Assembly (NCBI GenBank): GCA_963769025.1
Contig: CAVYKI010000009.1
Coordinates: 64,001 to 128,000 of the forward strand
Source of the DNA: an uncultured Verrucomicrobiae bacterium
GTDB lineage: Bacteria > Verrucomicrobiota > Verrucomicrobiia > Chthoniobacterales > Chthoniobacteraceae
Direction of reading: 5' to 3'
DNA: 64,000 nt
A program made the translations under genes and the position numbers. Below, piece after piece: positions 37,777-47,189 of the stretch (positions are counted from its first letter, which is position 1; each line of letters opens with the position of its first letter). The notes beneath the pieces are model-generated. The model worked only from the letters and a program-made list of their open reading frames with translations. It was not told the origin of the DNA and made no database searches.

Positions 37777-38619
37777 TTATCGAATTCTGCTGCGTAAGCC
37801 CCACAGCCCGCGCGCCATCACCGCCCCAAGCACCAGCACCGCTCCCGCGACCGTCCAGCTCCCGGGCTTTTCATGGAGGAAGATGTACACCCACAGCGGG
37901 TTCAATACGGGCTCGAGGGTAGGGATCAGGATGGCCTCGATCGCGGTGACATGCCGGATCGCCAGTCCGTACAGGATGTAAGGCACGCCAAGCTGAAGGA
38001 CGCCGAGGACGATCAGCACGCCCCATTCGCCGGCATCCGGCATTTTGCCGACGCCGAATGGCAGTCCGATCACCGCGGTGGCGATGTTCCCGAGCAGAAG
38101 GGCGGCGACGGGCGAGCCGTCCTTCTCGCGCCGGAGAAAAATCACCATCAGCGCCATCGAGAAGCCGCTCGCGAGACCTGCGGCGATGCCCGGCAGGCTG
38201 TTCGCCGCCAGGCCGTCGCGGCACAGCAGGGCCACGCCGGCCACGGCGAAGGCGACACATGCCCAGTCGTGAGGGCGCGTCCGTTCACCCAGCATCCAAC
38301 CGCCGAGCACCGCGACGTACGCGGGTGCCGTGTATTGGAGGAAAATGGCGTTGGCGGCGGTCGTGAGGTCCGTGGCGACTACGAAGAATGTCACCGTCCC
38401 CACGTAGGCCGCCGCCGCGAGGAGCTGGTTCCGCGACCACGAGAATTTTGGGCGCCGCATCCACGCAAAAATCACCACGGCTGCGATGGCGCTGCGCGCG
38501 CCCGCCTTTGCCATGGGATGCCACTCCACTGATTTCAGCAGCACGCCGGCGAGGCTCCATAGCACGGATGTGATGACAAGCAGCAGGACTGCGGAACGGT
38601 GGCGCACGCGCGCAGGCAA
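37777..38619 (-). CDS. EamA/DMT family transporter
   Basis: About 10 TMs, ANAIFLQYTAP, LGER, LEPVLNPLW. Exact start uncertain. Confidence 0.88.
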   Translation of the reverse strand: MPARVRHRSAVLLLVITSVLWSLAGVLLKSVEWHPMAKAGARSAIAAVVIFAWMRRPKFSWSRNQLLAAAAYVGTVTFFVVATDLTTAANAIFLQYTAPAYVAVLGGWMLGERTRPHDWACVAFAVAGVALLCRDGLAANSLPGIAAGLASGFSMALMVIFLRREKDGSPVAALLLGNIATAVIGLPFGVGKMPDAGEWGVLIVLGVLQLGVPYILYGLAIRHVTAIEAILIPTLEPVLNPLWVYIFLHEKPGSWTVAGAVLVLGAVMARGLWGLRSRIR

Positions 38620-38746
38620 AAGGAAAATCTCCCACCCGTCGAATACGGTCTTGTTGCATGCGGCGACCGGGGCCGCGCCTTCTTCACGGTTGAGCGCCGC
38701 GCGTCCCGCCGCTTTATTGGCGGACTTGAACTCTCCAAAGGCCAGA

Positions 38747-40174
38747 GTGAGCGAACGTGGGATTTCGATCTCGGAGCAGGCATTCTCCCGCGCGGCGGGG
38801 ACGCCGCTCGTCGAGGGGAATTCCGCGCGGCTGCTGATCGACGCGAAGGAACACTACGCAGCGTGGCTCGATGCGATCCGCGGGGCGAAGCACGCGGTCT
38901 ATTTTGAGAACTATATCATCCAGCCCGACTCCTCCGGCCGGGCCTTGCGGGACGCACTCGCCGCGCGCGCCGCGGAGGGGGTGAAGGTGCGGGTGCTGAT
39001 GGATTGGTTCGGCTCGATCACCACCCCTCGCCGGTTCTGGGAGCCGCTCGTCAGGGCCGGCGGCATCATCCGCTATTTCAACCCGCCGCGGCTCCGCGGC
39101 GAACTGAGTTGGCTGAGCCGCGACCACCGCAAATCGCTCGTCGTGGATGGCCTCATCGGGTTCGTTTCCGGAGTCTGCGTGAGCGATGTGTGGCTCGGTG
39201 ATGCGAGCCGCAGCATCGAGCCGTATCGTGACACAGGCGTGGAGATTCGCGGTCCTGCGGTTGCGGATCTGCTCCGGGGTTTCGCGCAAATCTGGGGGCT
39301 GTGCGGCCAGGCGATCCTCCGGGACGAACTCGCGGGGCTCCCGATCCCCGCGCGCGAGGGCGGCGTCGCCATGCGCATCGTCGCGACCACGCCAAACCTC
39401 AGCGCGCTGTACCGGCTGGACCTGCTCGTCGCGTCGCTCGCGCAGACGAGGCTGTGGATCACGGACGCCTATTTTGCCGGCACGCCGAGCTACGTCCATG
39501 CGCTCCGCTCCGCCGCGCGCGACGGCGTGGATGTCCGCCTGCTCGTGCCCGGTGGCAGCGATCTGCCGTGGCTGCGGCCGCTCACCACGGCGGGCTACCG
39601 CCCGCTGCTGGAGGCGGGCGTGCGCGTCTTTGAATGGAACGGATCGATGCTGCACGCCAAGACGGCCGTGGCCGATGACCGGTGGGCGCGCGTCGGCTCC
39701 ACAAATCTGAACCTGGCGAGCTGGCTCACGAATTTCGAGATGGATGTCGCGGTGGACGACGAGAAGTTCACAAGCGAACTGGCGGCCGTTTACGAGCACG
39801 ACCTGGAACACAGCACCGAGGTCGTCCTGAAGCAGCGCCGGCGTGTGCGCATTCCCTCGGAGAAGGACGAGCGCGAGCGGAGCCGTCCCGCCGCCGGCAG
39901 CTTCGTGCGCGCCACGGCGGGTGCGCTGCGCTTCACGCGCTCCGTTTCCGCTGCGATGACCGGCCAGCGTGTGCTGGACAAAGGAGACACCTTCTCCCTC
40001 CTCATCGCGGCGATGGTGGTGCTCGCATTTGCGGCGGTAGCCATCGTGTTTCCGAGAGCCGTCGCATGGACCGCCGCCGCGATCGCGAGCATCATCGGTC
40101 TGGGCCTCCTTTTCCGGTCGCTGCGCACCCGCGTGCGCCGCGGACGTCCGCGTGACGGTGCGCCGCCCGCTTGA
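38747..40174 (+). CDS. cls: Cardiolipin synthase-like phospholipase D
   Basis: Two HKD motifs (RDHRKSLVVDG, LHAKTAVADD), GSTNLN, NFEMD. Start uncertain. Confidence 0.88.
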   Translation: MSERGISISEQAFSRAAGTPLVEGNSARLLIDAKEHYAAWLDAIRGAKHAVYFENYIIQPDSSGRALRDALAARAAEGVKVRVLMDWFGSITTPRRFWEPLVRAGGIIRYFNPPRLRGELSWLSRDHRKSLVVDGLIGFVSGVCVSDVWLGDASRSIEPYRDTGVEIRGPAVADLLRGFAQIWGLCGQAILRDELAGLPIPAREGGVAMRIVATTPNLSALYRLDLLVASLAQTRLWITDAYFAGTPSYVHALRSAARDGVDVRLLVPGGSDLPWLRPLTTAGYRPLLEAGVRVFEWNGSMLHAKTAVADDRWARVGSTNLNLASWLTNFEMDVAVDDEKFTSELAAVYEHDLEHSTEVVLKQRRRVRIPSEKDERERSRPAAGSFVRATAGALRFTRSVSAAMTGQRVLDKGDTFSLLIAAMVVLAFAAVAIVFPRAVAWTAAAIASIIGLGLLFRSLRTRVRRGRPRDGAPPA

Positions 40175-40213
40175 GAGTTGCAACCATCCCGCGCTGCGCC
40201 ACACCTTCCACCC

Positions 40214-41233
40214 GTGCCCGACCAATACGCCCAGTCCATCGCCGAAGCGCCCGACACGCCGTTCGACATCTCGCTGCGTCCACCGGCATTCAGCGAATTC
40301 GCCGGGCAGGAAAAAGTGCGCGAGCAGCTCCTCGTGATGGTCGAGGCCGCACGGCAGCGCGGCGACGTGCTCGAGCACATCCTCCTCAGCGGCCCGCCCG
40401 GCCTCGGCAAGACAACGCTCGCGCACATCCTCTCGCACGCGATGGGCGTGAACATCAAATGCACGAGCGGCCCAACGATTGAAAAAGCCGGCGACCTCGC
40501 AGGGCTGCTCACCGGCCTCGAACGCGGCGACATCCTCTTCATCGATGAAATCCACGCCCTCTCGCGCATCATCGAGGAATACCTCTACCCCGCGATGGAG
40601 GACTACAAGCTGGACATCATCATCGACCAGGGCCCGAACGCGCGATCGGTCCGCCTGAACCTCCCGCGTTTCACGCTCATCGCCGCGACCACGCGCGCCG
40701 GGATGATCACCGCGCCGCTGCGTTCGCGCTTCGGAATGACGTGCCGCCTCGACTATTACACCGCCGAGGAGTTGCAGAAGATCGTCGCCCGCAGCGCGGG
40801 GCTGATCAGCGCGGAGATCGACGCCGCCGGCGCACTCGAAATCGCCGGGCGCAGCCGCGGCACGCCGCGCGTCGCAAACAATCTCCTGCGCTGGGTGCGG
40901 GACTACGCGCAGGTCCGCGCCGGGAACCGCATCACCCGCGAAGTCGCCGACGCCGCGCTCACCATGCGCGACATTGATCGCGACGGCCTCGACGAGATGG
41001 ACAAACGCATCCTCGAAGCGCTCGTGCAGAAATTCGAAGGCGGTCCCGTCGGCATCAGTTCGCTCGCCGTCTCCGTCGGCGAAGATGCAGGCACGCTCGA
41101 AGACGTGAACGAGCCGTACCTCATCATGCAAGGCTACCTGAAGCGCACTCCGCAGGGCCGTGTCGCCATGCCGCTCGCTTACAAAAAGCTGGGCATCGCC
41201 GCGCCGAAGCGCGAGGGCGAGTTGTTCGGCTGA
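40214..41233 (+). CDS. ruvB: Holliday junction branch migration helicase RuvB
   Basis: SLRP...[53 protein letters not shown]...RTPQGR. Confidence 0.97.
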   Translation: MPDQYAQSIAEAPDTPFDISLRPPAFSEFAGQEKVREQLLVMVEAARQRGDVLEHILLSGPPGLGKTTLAHILSHAMGVNIKCTSGPTIEKAGDLAGLLTGLERGDILFIDEIHALSRIIEEYLYPAMEDYKLDIIIDQGPNARSVRLNLPRFTLIAATTRAGMITAPLRSRFGMTCRLDYYTAEELQKIVARSAGLISAEIDAAGALEIAGRSRGTPRVANNLLRWVRDYAQVRAGNRITREVADAALTMRDIDRDGLDEMDKRILEALVQKFEGGPVGISSLAVSVGEDAGTLEDVNEPYLIMQGYLKRTPQGRVAMPLAYKKLGIAAPKREGELFG

Positions 41234-41395
41234 GCGGCCGGCAACCAGTCCTGTCCGCATCGTTCATTGCATGTGCGCGATGTCTTGCAGCTGCCCCGCT
41301 CAATTCCGCACCGCTTCCTGGGGATTCGCACGCGGCATCAAAGACTTTCCATGCCGGGGACTTTGCCTCACTTCTCAGGTGCACCTTTCCAAAAC

Positions 41396-44300
41396 ATGCT
41401 TCGCAAAATCGTTCCCGCCGTCCTCGCGTTCCTCGCAGTCACTGCCGTACAGGCGGAGACGAAACCGCTCCATGCCCTGCTCATCGCCGGCGGCTGCTGC
41501 CACAACTACGGCGCGCAGCAGAAGATCCTGAGCGAGGGAATCCAGGCGCGCGCGAATGTGCGGGTGGATGTGATCTGGACGGACGACTCGGGCACGGCCC
41601 CGCACTTTCCGCTCTACGAGAAGGCCGACTGGGCGAAAGGGTACGACGTGATCATCCACGACGAGTGCGCGGCGGGCGTGAAGGATCTGGCGCTCGTGAA
41701 GAACATCATCAAGGCCCACGAGACGGTGCCCGCGGTGAACCTGCACTGCGCGATGCACTCCTTCCGCACCGGAACCGATGACTGGTTCAGCTTCCTCGGC
41801 CTCCAGTCGAATTCACATAACTGGCAGAAGCCGATCGCGATTCGTTTCACGGACTCCGCCCATCCGATCACGAAGGGCCTCGCGGACTGGACGACGATCA
41901 ATGAGGAGCTGTACAACAATGTGAAAATCCTCGGCGGCAAGGAGCTCGCGACCGGCACGCAGGACCAGAAGGCAAAGGATGGCAGCGTCGCGCCGGTGAG
42001 CGCGGTCGTGGCGTGGACGAACGATTACGGGCCAAACAAGACGCGCATTTTCAGCACGACGATCGGCCACAACAACGAAACCGTCGCGGATGCCCGGTAT
42101 CTGGACCTCGTCACGCGAGGCCTGCTCTGGTCGTGCGACAAGCTGAACGCGGATTACCTGAAGCCGTTCACCGGCAAGAATGAGGTGTTCTTCATCAAGG
42201 CCGCGCCACAGGCGGCAAAGCCGAAGCCCGCCGCTGCGGCGCCGCCGGTCGCGCCGAAGGACGCGACGCCGGTGACGGTGACTGCGTCGAGTGAGGAATC
42301 GGGGAAGGGGAACTTTGCGTGGAAGGCCGTGGATGGCGACGCGGGTTCGCGCTGGTGTGCGGGCGATGCGTCGAAGCCGCAGTGGCTGCAGTTCGAATTT
42401 GAAAAGGCGCAGGATCTCAGTGCCGTGCAGATCACGTGGGAGAGCCAGAACAACACTTACAAGCACATCATCGAGGCCTCGGCCGACGGCAAGACGTGGG
42501 CGGTGCTCGTGGACGCGCGCGAGAATGCAAAGGGCGGCGAAAGCGAACACGCACTCGGCGCAAAGGCGGTGCGCTTTTTGAAAATCACGTGCACGGGCAC
42601 GTCGCAGGGCGGCTGGGCGAGCATCAAGGAGGTGACGGTGAAGGGTGAAGGCATCAAGGCGCTCGCGCCAAAGGGCGGTGTGCCGCAGCAGCAGGCGCAG
42701 GCGGGAAAGCAGGGTGCGAAGAACGCAGCCGATCCGAACGACCCGCTCAGCAAGGAAGGCAACATCACTCCGAAGATCGTGAAGCTCACGAAGGAGCAGG
42801 AGGCGGAGATTTTGAAGGACGTGAAGGTGCCGGAGGGGTTTGATGTGACGCTCTTCGCGAATTCGCAGGCGGCGAATTACCCGGTTTACGTCGCCGCAGC
42901 GCCGGACGGCACGCTCTACGTTTCCAGCGACGGCAACGGTTCGCTCGGGCGCAGTCCGCATCGCGGGCGCATCGTGCGCCTGCAGGACACCGACGGCGAC
43001 GGGCGCGCGGATGACGCGAAGGAATTCGTGAAGGACGTGGACTCGCCGCGCGGGCTCGTGTGGGACCACGACCGGCTCTATCTGATCCATCCGCCGGATA
43101 TCAGCGTTTACATCGACAAGGACGCCAAGGGAATTTCGAGCGAGGAGAAGACGCTGATCAAGGGCATCGCATTCGGCTTCGCGGATCGTCCCGCGGATCA
43201 CACGACGAACGGGCTCGCGCTCGGCATCGATGGCTACCTCTACATCGCGGGTGGTGACTTCGGCTTCATGGACGCCGTCGGCACGGATGGGAAGCATCTC
43301 CAGCACCGCGGCGGCGGCGTGATCCGTTTTCGCCCCGACGGCACCGGGCTCGAACTCGTGAGCCAGGGCACGCGCAATATTCTCGAAGTCGCAGTCGGCC
43401 CGCTCATGAACATGTTCGCGCGCGACAACACGAACGACGGGGACGGGTGGAACGTGCGTTTCCACCATTTCACCGGCCTCGAAACCCACGGCTACCCGGT
43501 CCTGTACCGAAACTTCCCCGATGAGCAGGTCGCTCCGCTCAACGACTACGGCGGCGGTTCCGGGTGCGGCGCGGTATTTCTCGATGAGCCGGGCTTTGGA
43601 AAATGGAACAACGCACCGCTCACCGCGGACTGGGGCACGGGCGCGCTGTGGCAGCACAGCGTGAAGCAGAAGGGTTCGACCTACACCGAGACGGCGAAAC
43701 CGGAGCCATTCATCCGGATGACCCGCCCGACCGATGCGGACGTGGACGCGATGAGCCATGTGTACCTGGCGAGCTGGAAAGGCGCGACGTTCAACTGGGC
43801 CGGTCCGGACGTCGGCTACATCGCGCGCGTTTCGCCGCATGGTTTCAAACCGGCGGCGCTGCCGGACTTCGCGAAGGCCAGCGACGAGGCGCTCGTGAAG
43901 CTGCTTGAATCACCGAGCCACCGCACGCGCCTCGAGGCGCAACGCACACTTCTCCGGCGCGAAGACAAGCCCGCGACGCGCAGCCTCCTCCTCGCGCTGG
44001 CCGCCGACAAGTCGAAGCCGCTCGCCGCGCGGGTGGCCGCGGTATATGGCGTCTCCCAGCGGAATGTGAGCGCACCCGACGCGGCGAATCTCAAGTCGGT
44101 CGCCGCACTCGCGAGTGAGCCGGCCATCCAGCCATACGTGCTGCTCGCGCTCGGCGATTCCGGCCTCGGGGCGAAACAGCAGTCGCAGTCACTCGTGCCC
44201 GCCGCGGTTTTCAGTGCCGGGCTGAAGAGCAACGACCCGCAGGCGAGGCTGAACGCCGTCATCGGCGCGACTCGCCAGCGCATGACTGCGCTCGCACCGG

Positions 44301-45856
44301 AAATCGCCGCGCTGCTCGGCGACGGCGACGACGTCATCACGCACACGGTGCAGCGCTCGCTCGCGATGCTCGGCACTCCGGAGGCGTGCTTCGCGATCGT
44401 GGATGATGCGGGTGCGCCCTCGAAAACGCGCGACAGTGCGTTGCGTTCGGTGCGCATGATGCACACGCCGCAGGTTGTGGACGGACTGGTGAAACGCCTC
44501 GCAAGCACCAAGGGCCTCGAGGCGCGCAAGGGCATTCTTAGCGCGCTGTGCCGGCTGCATTTCAGCGAAGGAAAATGGACGGGGAACAGCTGGGGCACGC
44601 GCCCGGATTACCGCGGGCCCTACTACCAGCCCGACCCGTGGAGCGAGACAGACAAAATCGCCGCCGTCCTCAAGGACACCCTCGCGAAGGCGCAGCCCGC
44701 GGAGGCGGCGTTCCTCGTCGGCGAACTGAACCGCAACCGCATCCAGTTCAACGAAGCGCTCCAGCGCATCCTCACGCTCGCGAAGACGGACGCGAAGCTC
44801 ATCCCGGACGCGGTCGCTCAGTTGGCCACCGCGGAATCCATCCCGAGCGAGGCCATTCCGCTGCTCGTGCAGGCGGCGCAGTCGAAGGAGTTTCCCGAGA
44901 ATGTGATCGCGCAGTCCGTCGCCGCTCTCGCGAAGGTGGACAGTGCGGACGGGGCGCGCGCATCGCTGCAGGCGCTCGTGCAGCTCACGGCGATGAAGGC
45001 TGGCAACAAGGATCGCGAAGCGGCGCGCAACGCTTTCCTGAACGCCCCGAAGCTGGAGAACCATCACCAGATGATCGAGGACGCCGCCGCGAAAATGGAC
45101 GGCGAACTTTCGGTGTGGGCCGACGCCGCGCTGCTCACGCTCAGCGCACGGAAGACCGGTTCGCCCGAGGCACGCGAACTTTCCACGAAGGCGCTCGACA
45201 CCGGCTGGCAGAACCCGAAGCGCCGCGCGCAAATCCTGAAGGCTGCCGGCGAGATCAAGCACAACGCGTATGCGGACAGGATTCTCGCGTCGCTGGATGA
45301 CCCGGACAAGGCCGTCGCCAGCGAGGCGAAGAATGCCGCCGGCAAAATGAAGCTCGAAAAGAAGAAGAAGGACTCCGGGCCTTTGATCGGCACGATGCAA
45401 GTGAAGGATGTCGTCGCGCAGGTCATGAAGGTGAAAGGTGACATCGCGCTGGGCGAGCAGCTCTTCACGCGGAACACCTGCTTCGCGTGCCATACGACGG
45501 CGGAGGACCAGCCGCAGAAGGGGCCCTACCTTGGCAACATTGCGCAGACGTACAAGCGCGCCGACCTGGCGGAGAACATCCTCGATCCGAACAAGACCAT
45601 CGCGCAGGGCTTCGCGACGAATGTCTTCACGCTCAAGGACGGCACGATCAACATGGGCTTCGTCGTGCGTGAGGGCGCGGACAAGGTCGCGATGCGCAAC
45701 GTCGCCGCGCAGGAATCCACCTACGACGTGAAGGACATCGTGAAGCGCGAGACGCTGCCGACTTCCATCATGCCGCCGGGACTCGTGAACAATCTGACGG
45801 TGAAGGAATTCGCCGGCCTGCTCGATTACATGGAGTCGCTGGCGGTGAAAAAGTAG
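41396..45856 (+). CDS. Large secreted PVC-type haem-binding dehydrogenase-like protein: ThuA-like + discoidin (F5/8C) + beta-propeller + HEAT repeats + cytochrome c
   Basis: Signal peptide; ThuA-like (GGCCHNY, NEELYN, TTIGHNN); discoidin (ASSEE...KAVDGDAGSRWC); VPEGFDVTLFA, DTDGDGRAD, DHTTNG, GTRN; helical repeats; C-terminal CFACH...GPYL...SIMPPGL. Confidence 0.82.
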   Translation: MLRKIVPAVLAFLAVTAVQAETKPLHALLIAGGCCHNYGAQQKILSEGIQARANVRVDVIWTDDSGTAPHFPLYEKADWAKGYDVIIHDECAAGVKDLALVKNIIKAHETVPAVNLHCAMHSFRTGTDDWFSFLGLQSNSHNWQKPIAIRFTDSAHPITKGLADWTTINEELYNNVKILGGKELATGTQDQKAKDGSVAPVSAVVAWTNDYGPNKTRIFSTTIGHNNETVADARYLDLVTRGLLWSCDKLNADYLKPFTGKNEVFFIKAAPQAAKPKPAAAAPPVAPKDATPVTVTASSEESGKGNFAWKAVDGDAGSRWCAGDASKPQWLQFEFEKAQDLSAVQITWESQNNTYKHIIEASADGKTWAVLVDARENAKGGESEHALGAKAVRFLKITCTGTSQGGWASIKEVTVKGEGIKALAPKGGVPQQQAQAGKQGAKNAADPNDPLSKEGNITPKIVKLTKEQEAEILKDVKVPEGFDVTLFANSQAANYPVYVAAAPDGTLYVSSDGNGSLGRSPHRGRIVRLQDTDGDGRADDAKEFVKDVDSPRGLVWDHDRLYLIHPPDISVYIDKDAKGISSEEKTLIKGIAFGFADRPADHTTNGLALGIDGYLYIAGGDFGFMDAVGTDGKHLQHRGGGVIRFRPDGTGLELVSQGTRNILEVAVGPLMNMFARDNTNDGDGWNVRFHHFTGLETHGYPVLYRNFPDEQVAPLNDYGGGSGCGAVFLDEPGFGKWNNAPLTADWGTGALWQHSVKQKGSTYTETAKPEPFIRMTRPTDADVDAMSHVYLASWKGATFNWAGPDVGYIARVSPHGFKPAALPDFAKASDEALVKLLESPSHRTRLEAQRTLLRREDKPATRSLLLALAADKSKPLAARVAAVYGVSQRNVSAPDAANLKSVAALASEPAIQPYVLLALGDSGLGAKQQSQSLVPAAVFSAGLKSNDPQARLNAVIGATRQRMTALAPEIAALLGDGDDVITHTVQRSLAMLGTPEACFAIVDDAGAPSKTRDSALRSVRMMHTPQVVDGLVKRLASTKGLEARKGILSALCRLHFSEGKWTGNSWGTRPDYRGPYYQPDPWSETDKIAAVLKDTLAKAQPAEAAFLVGELNRNRIQFNEALQRILTLAKTDAKLIPDAVAQLATAESIPSEAIPLLVQAAQSKEFPENVIAQSVAALAKVDSADGARASLQALVQLTAMKAGNKDREAARNAFLNAPKLENHHQMIEDAAAKMDGELSVWADAALLTLSARKTGSPEARELSTKALDTGWQNPKRRAQILKAAGEIKHNAYADRILASLDDPDKAVASEAKNAAGKMKLEKKKKDSGPLIGTMQVKDVVAQVMKVKGDIALGEQLFTRNTCFACHTTAEDQPQKGPYLGNIAQTYKRADLAENILDPNKTIAQGFATNVFTLKDGTINMGFVVREGADKVAMRNVAAQESTYDVKDIVKRETLPTSIMPPGLVNNLTVKEFAGLLDYMESLAVKK

Positions 45857-45944
45857 GCGCTGGCTCCATCAAGCAGCACTGGACATTCGCCGCGCGTCAC
45901 TGATTCATTCCCATCCAACGCAACCACCGACCCCACCACCGACC

Positions 45945-46259
45945 ATGAACATCCAGAAGATGATGAAGCAGGCGCAGAAGATGCAGGAACAGATGCAGCG
46001 CACCCAGGAAGAACTCGCCGAGCGGACCATCGAGGCGACCGCAGGCGGCGGAAAAATCACCGTCACAGCGAATGGGGCGGGGGACGTGCTCTCGATCAAG
46101 ATCAGCAAGGACGTGGTGGACCCGAATGACGTGGAGATGCTCGAAGACCTCGTCCTCACCGGCGTGCAAAAGGCGATCGAGGAAGGCCGTGCGCTGATGC
46201 AGGCCGAGATGGGGAAGATCACCGGGGGCATGGGCATGCCGCCGGGGCTGGGCCTTTAG
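45945..46259 (+). CDS. ybaB: Nucleoid-associated protein YbaB/EbfC
   Basis: MMKQAQKMQ, AGGGKITVTANG, DPNDVEMLEDLV. Confidence 0.95.
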   Translation: MNIQKMMKQAQKMQEQMQRTQEELAERTIEATAGGGKITVTANGAGDVLSIKISKDVVDPNDVEMLEDLVLTGVQKAIEEGRALMQAEMGKITGGMGMPPGLGL

Positions 46260-46265
46260 CCGGAT

Positions 46266-47189
46266 CTAACGCAGCCAGCGCGCAATTTTCTCCGCGGCAG
46301 TGAAGCCGAGCAGCGCGTAGACGGCGCGGTAGCTGAACGGCGCTGCGGGGCCGGCGAGACGGATGAGGCCCTTCGCCTTTCTCTCTGCGTGCCAGGCCGC
46401 GGCTGCGGCGAGGTCGTGCTGCGCAAAGGTGCGGGACATTTCAAAGCACACGCGGCCGATTTCGCGGCGGTGCGTGTCAGTGAGGAGGCTTCGTTGCGCA
46501 AGATGTGCGAGCATGGTGTCGAGCAAGCCGGTGCGGACGTGGATGACGAGGAGCGGGTCCTTGCGGCAGACAGTGTCATTGCTCCAGATGCGATAGACGG
46601 CGCCGGGCGTCGGGGTGAATGTGAAGCGCAGGCCGGCCACAAGCGCGCGGAGGTAAAGCTCGTGTTCCTGGCAGCAGGGCTGGCCTTCCTTCCAGCCGCC
46701 GAGGCGCGCGAGGGCCTCGCGCCGCCAGAGGCAGCCGCCGGTCTGCGGGATGTGCCACCGGATCCATTGCGTGAAGATGTCCGCGTCCGGGTCGATGTCG
46801 CTCGCGGCCCGCGTGGAGGCTGTGGCGGACAATGTCTCGACCCAGACAGGGCTGTAGATGACATCGGCCGCACGGCCATTGTCCGCTTCGCGGAGTTGCG
46901 TGATGACTTTCGCGGGCTCGAGGTAATCGTCGGCGTCGAGGTATTGCACCCAGTCGCCCGTTGCGCTTTGGAGCACGAGGTTTCGCGCGCGGTTTCCGCC
47001 TTGGTGTCCGCTTTCGATGAACTTGATGCGGTCGCCAAAGCCCCTCGCGATTTCCGGTGACGCGTCGGTGGACCCGTCATCCACGACAATGACCTCGGTC
47101 TCCACGTCCTGTTGATCGAGCGCGCTCTGGATGGCCTGCGCGATCCATCGCTCGGCGTTGTAGCAGGGGATGCCGACGGTGACTTTCAT
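46266..47189 (-). CDS. Glycosyltransferase family 2
   Basis: VGIPCYNAE, EVIVVDDGSTD, ARN, QYLDADD. Start overlaps the asnB stop. Confidence 0.92.
   Translation of the reverse strand: MKVTVGIPCYNAERWIAQAIQSALDQQDVETEVIVVDDGSTDASPEIARGFGDRIKFIESGHQGGNRARNLVLQSATGDWVQYLDADDYLEPAKVITQLREADNGRAADVIYSPVWVETLSATASTRAASDIDPDADIFTQWIRWHIPQTGGCLWRREALARLGGWKEGQPCCQEHELYLRALVAGLRFTFTPTPGAVYRIWSNDTVCRKDPLLVIHVRTGLLDTMLAHLAQRSLLTDTHRREIGRVCFEMSRTFAQHDLAAAAAWHAERKAKGLIRLAGPAAPFSYRAVYALLGFTAAEKIARWLR

Noticed and set aside
45920..45944. Short tandem repeat CCACCGACC upstream of ybaB
   Set aside because: Only two copies of 9 nt; not distinguishable from chance.
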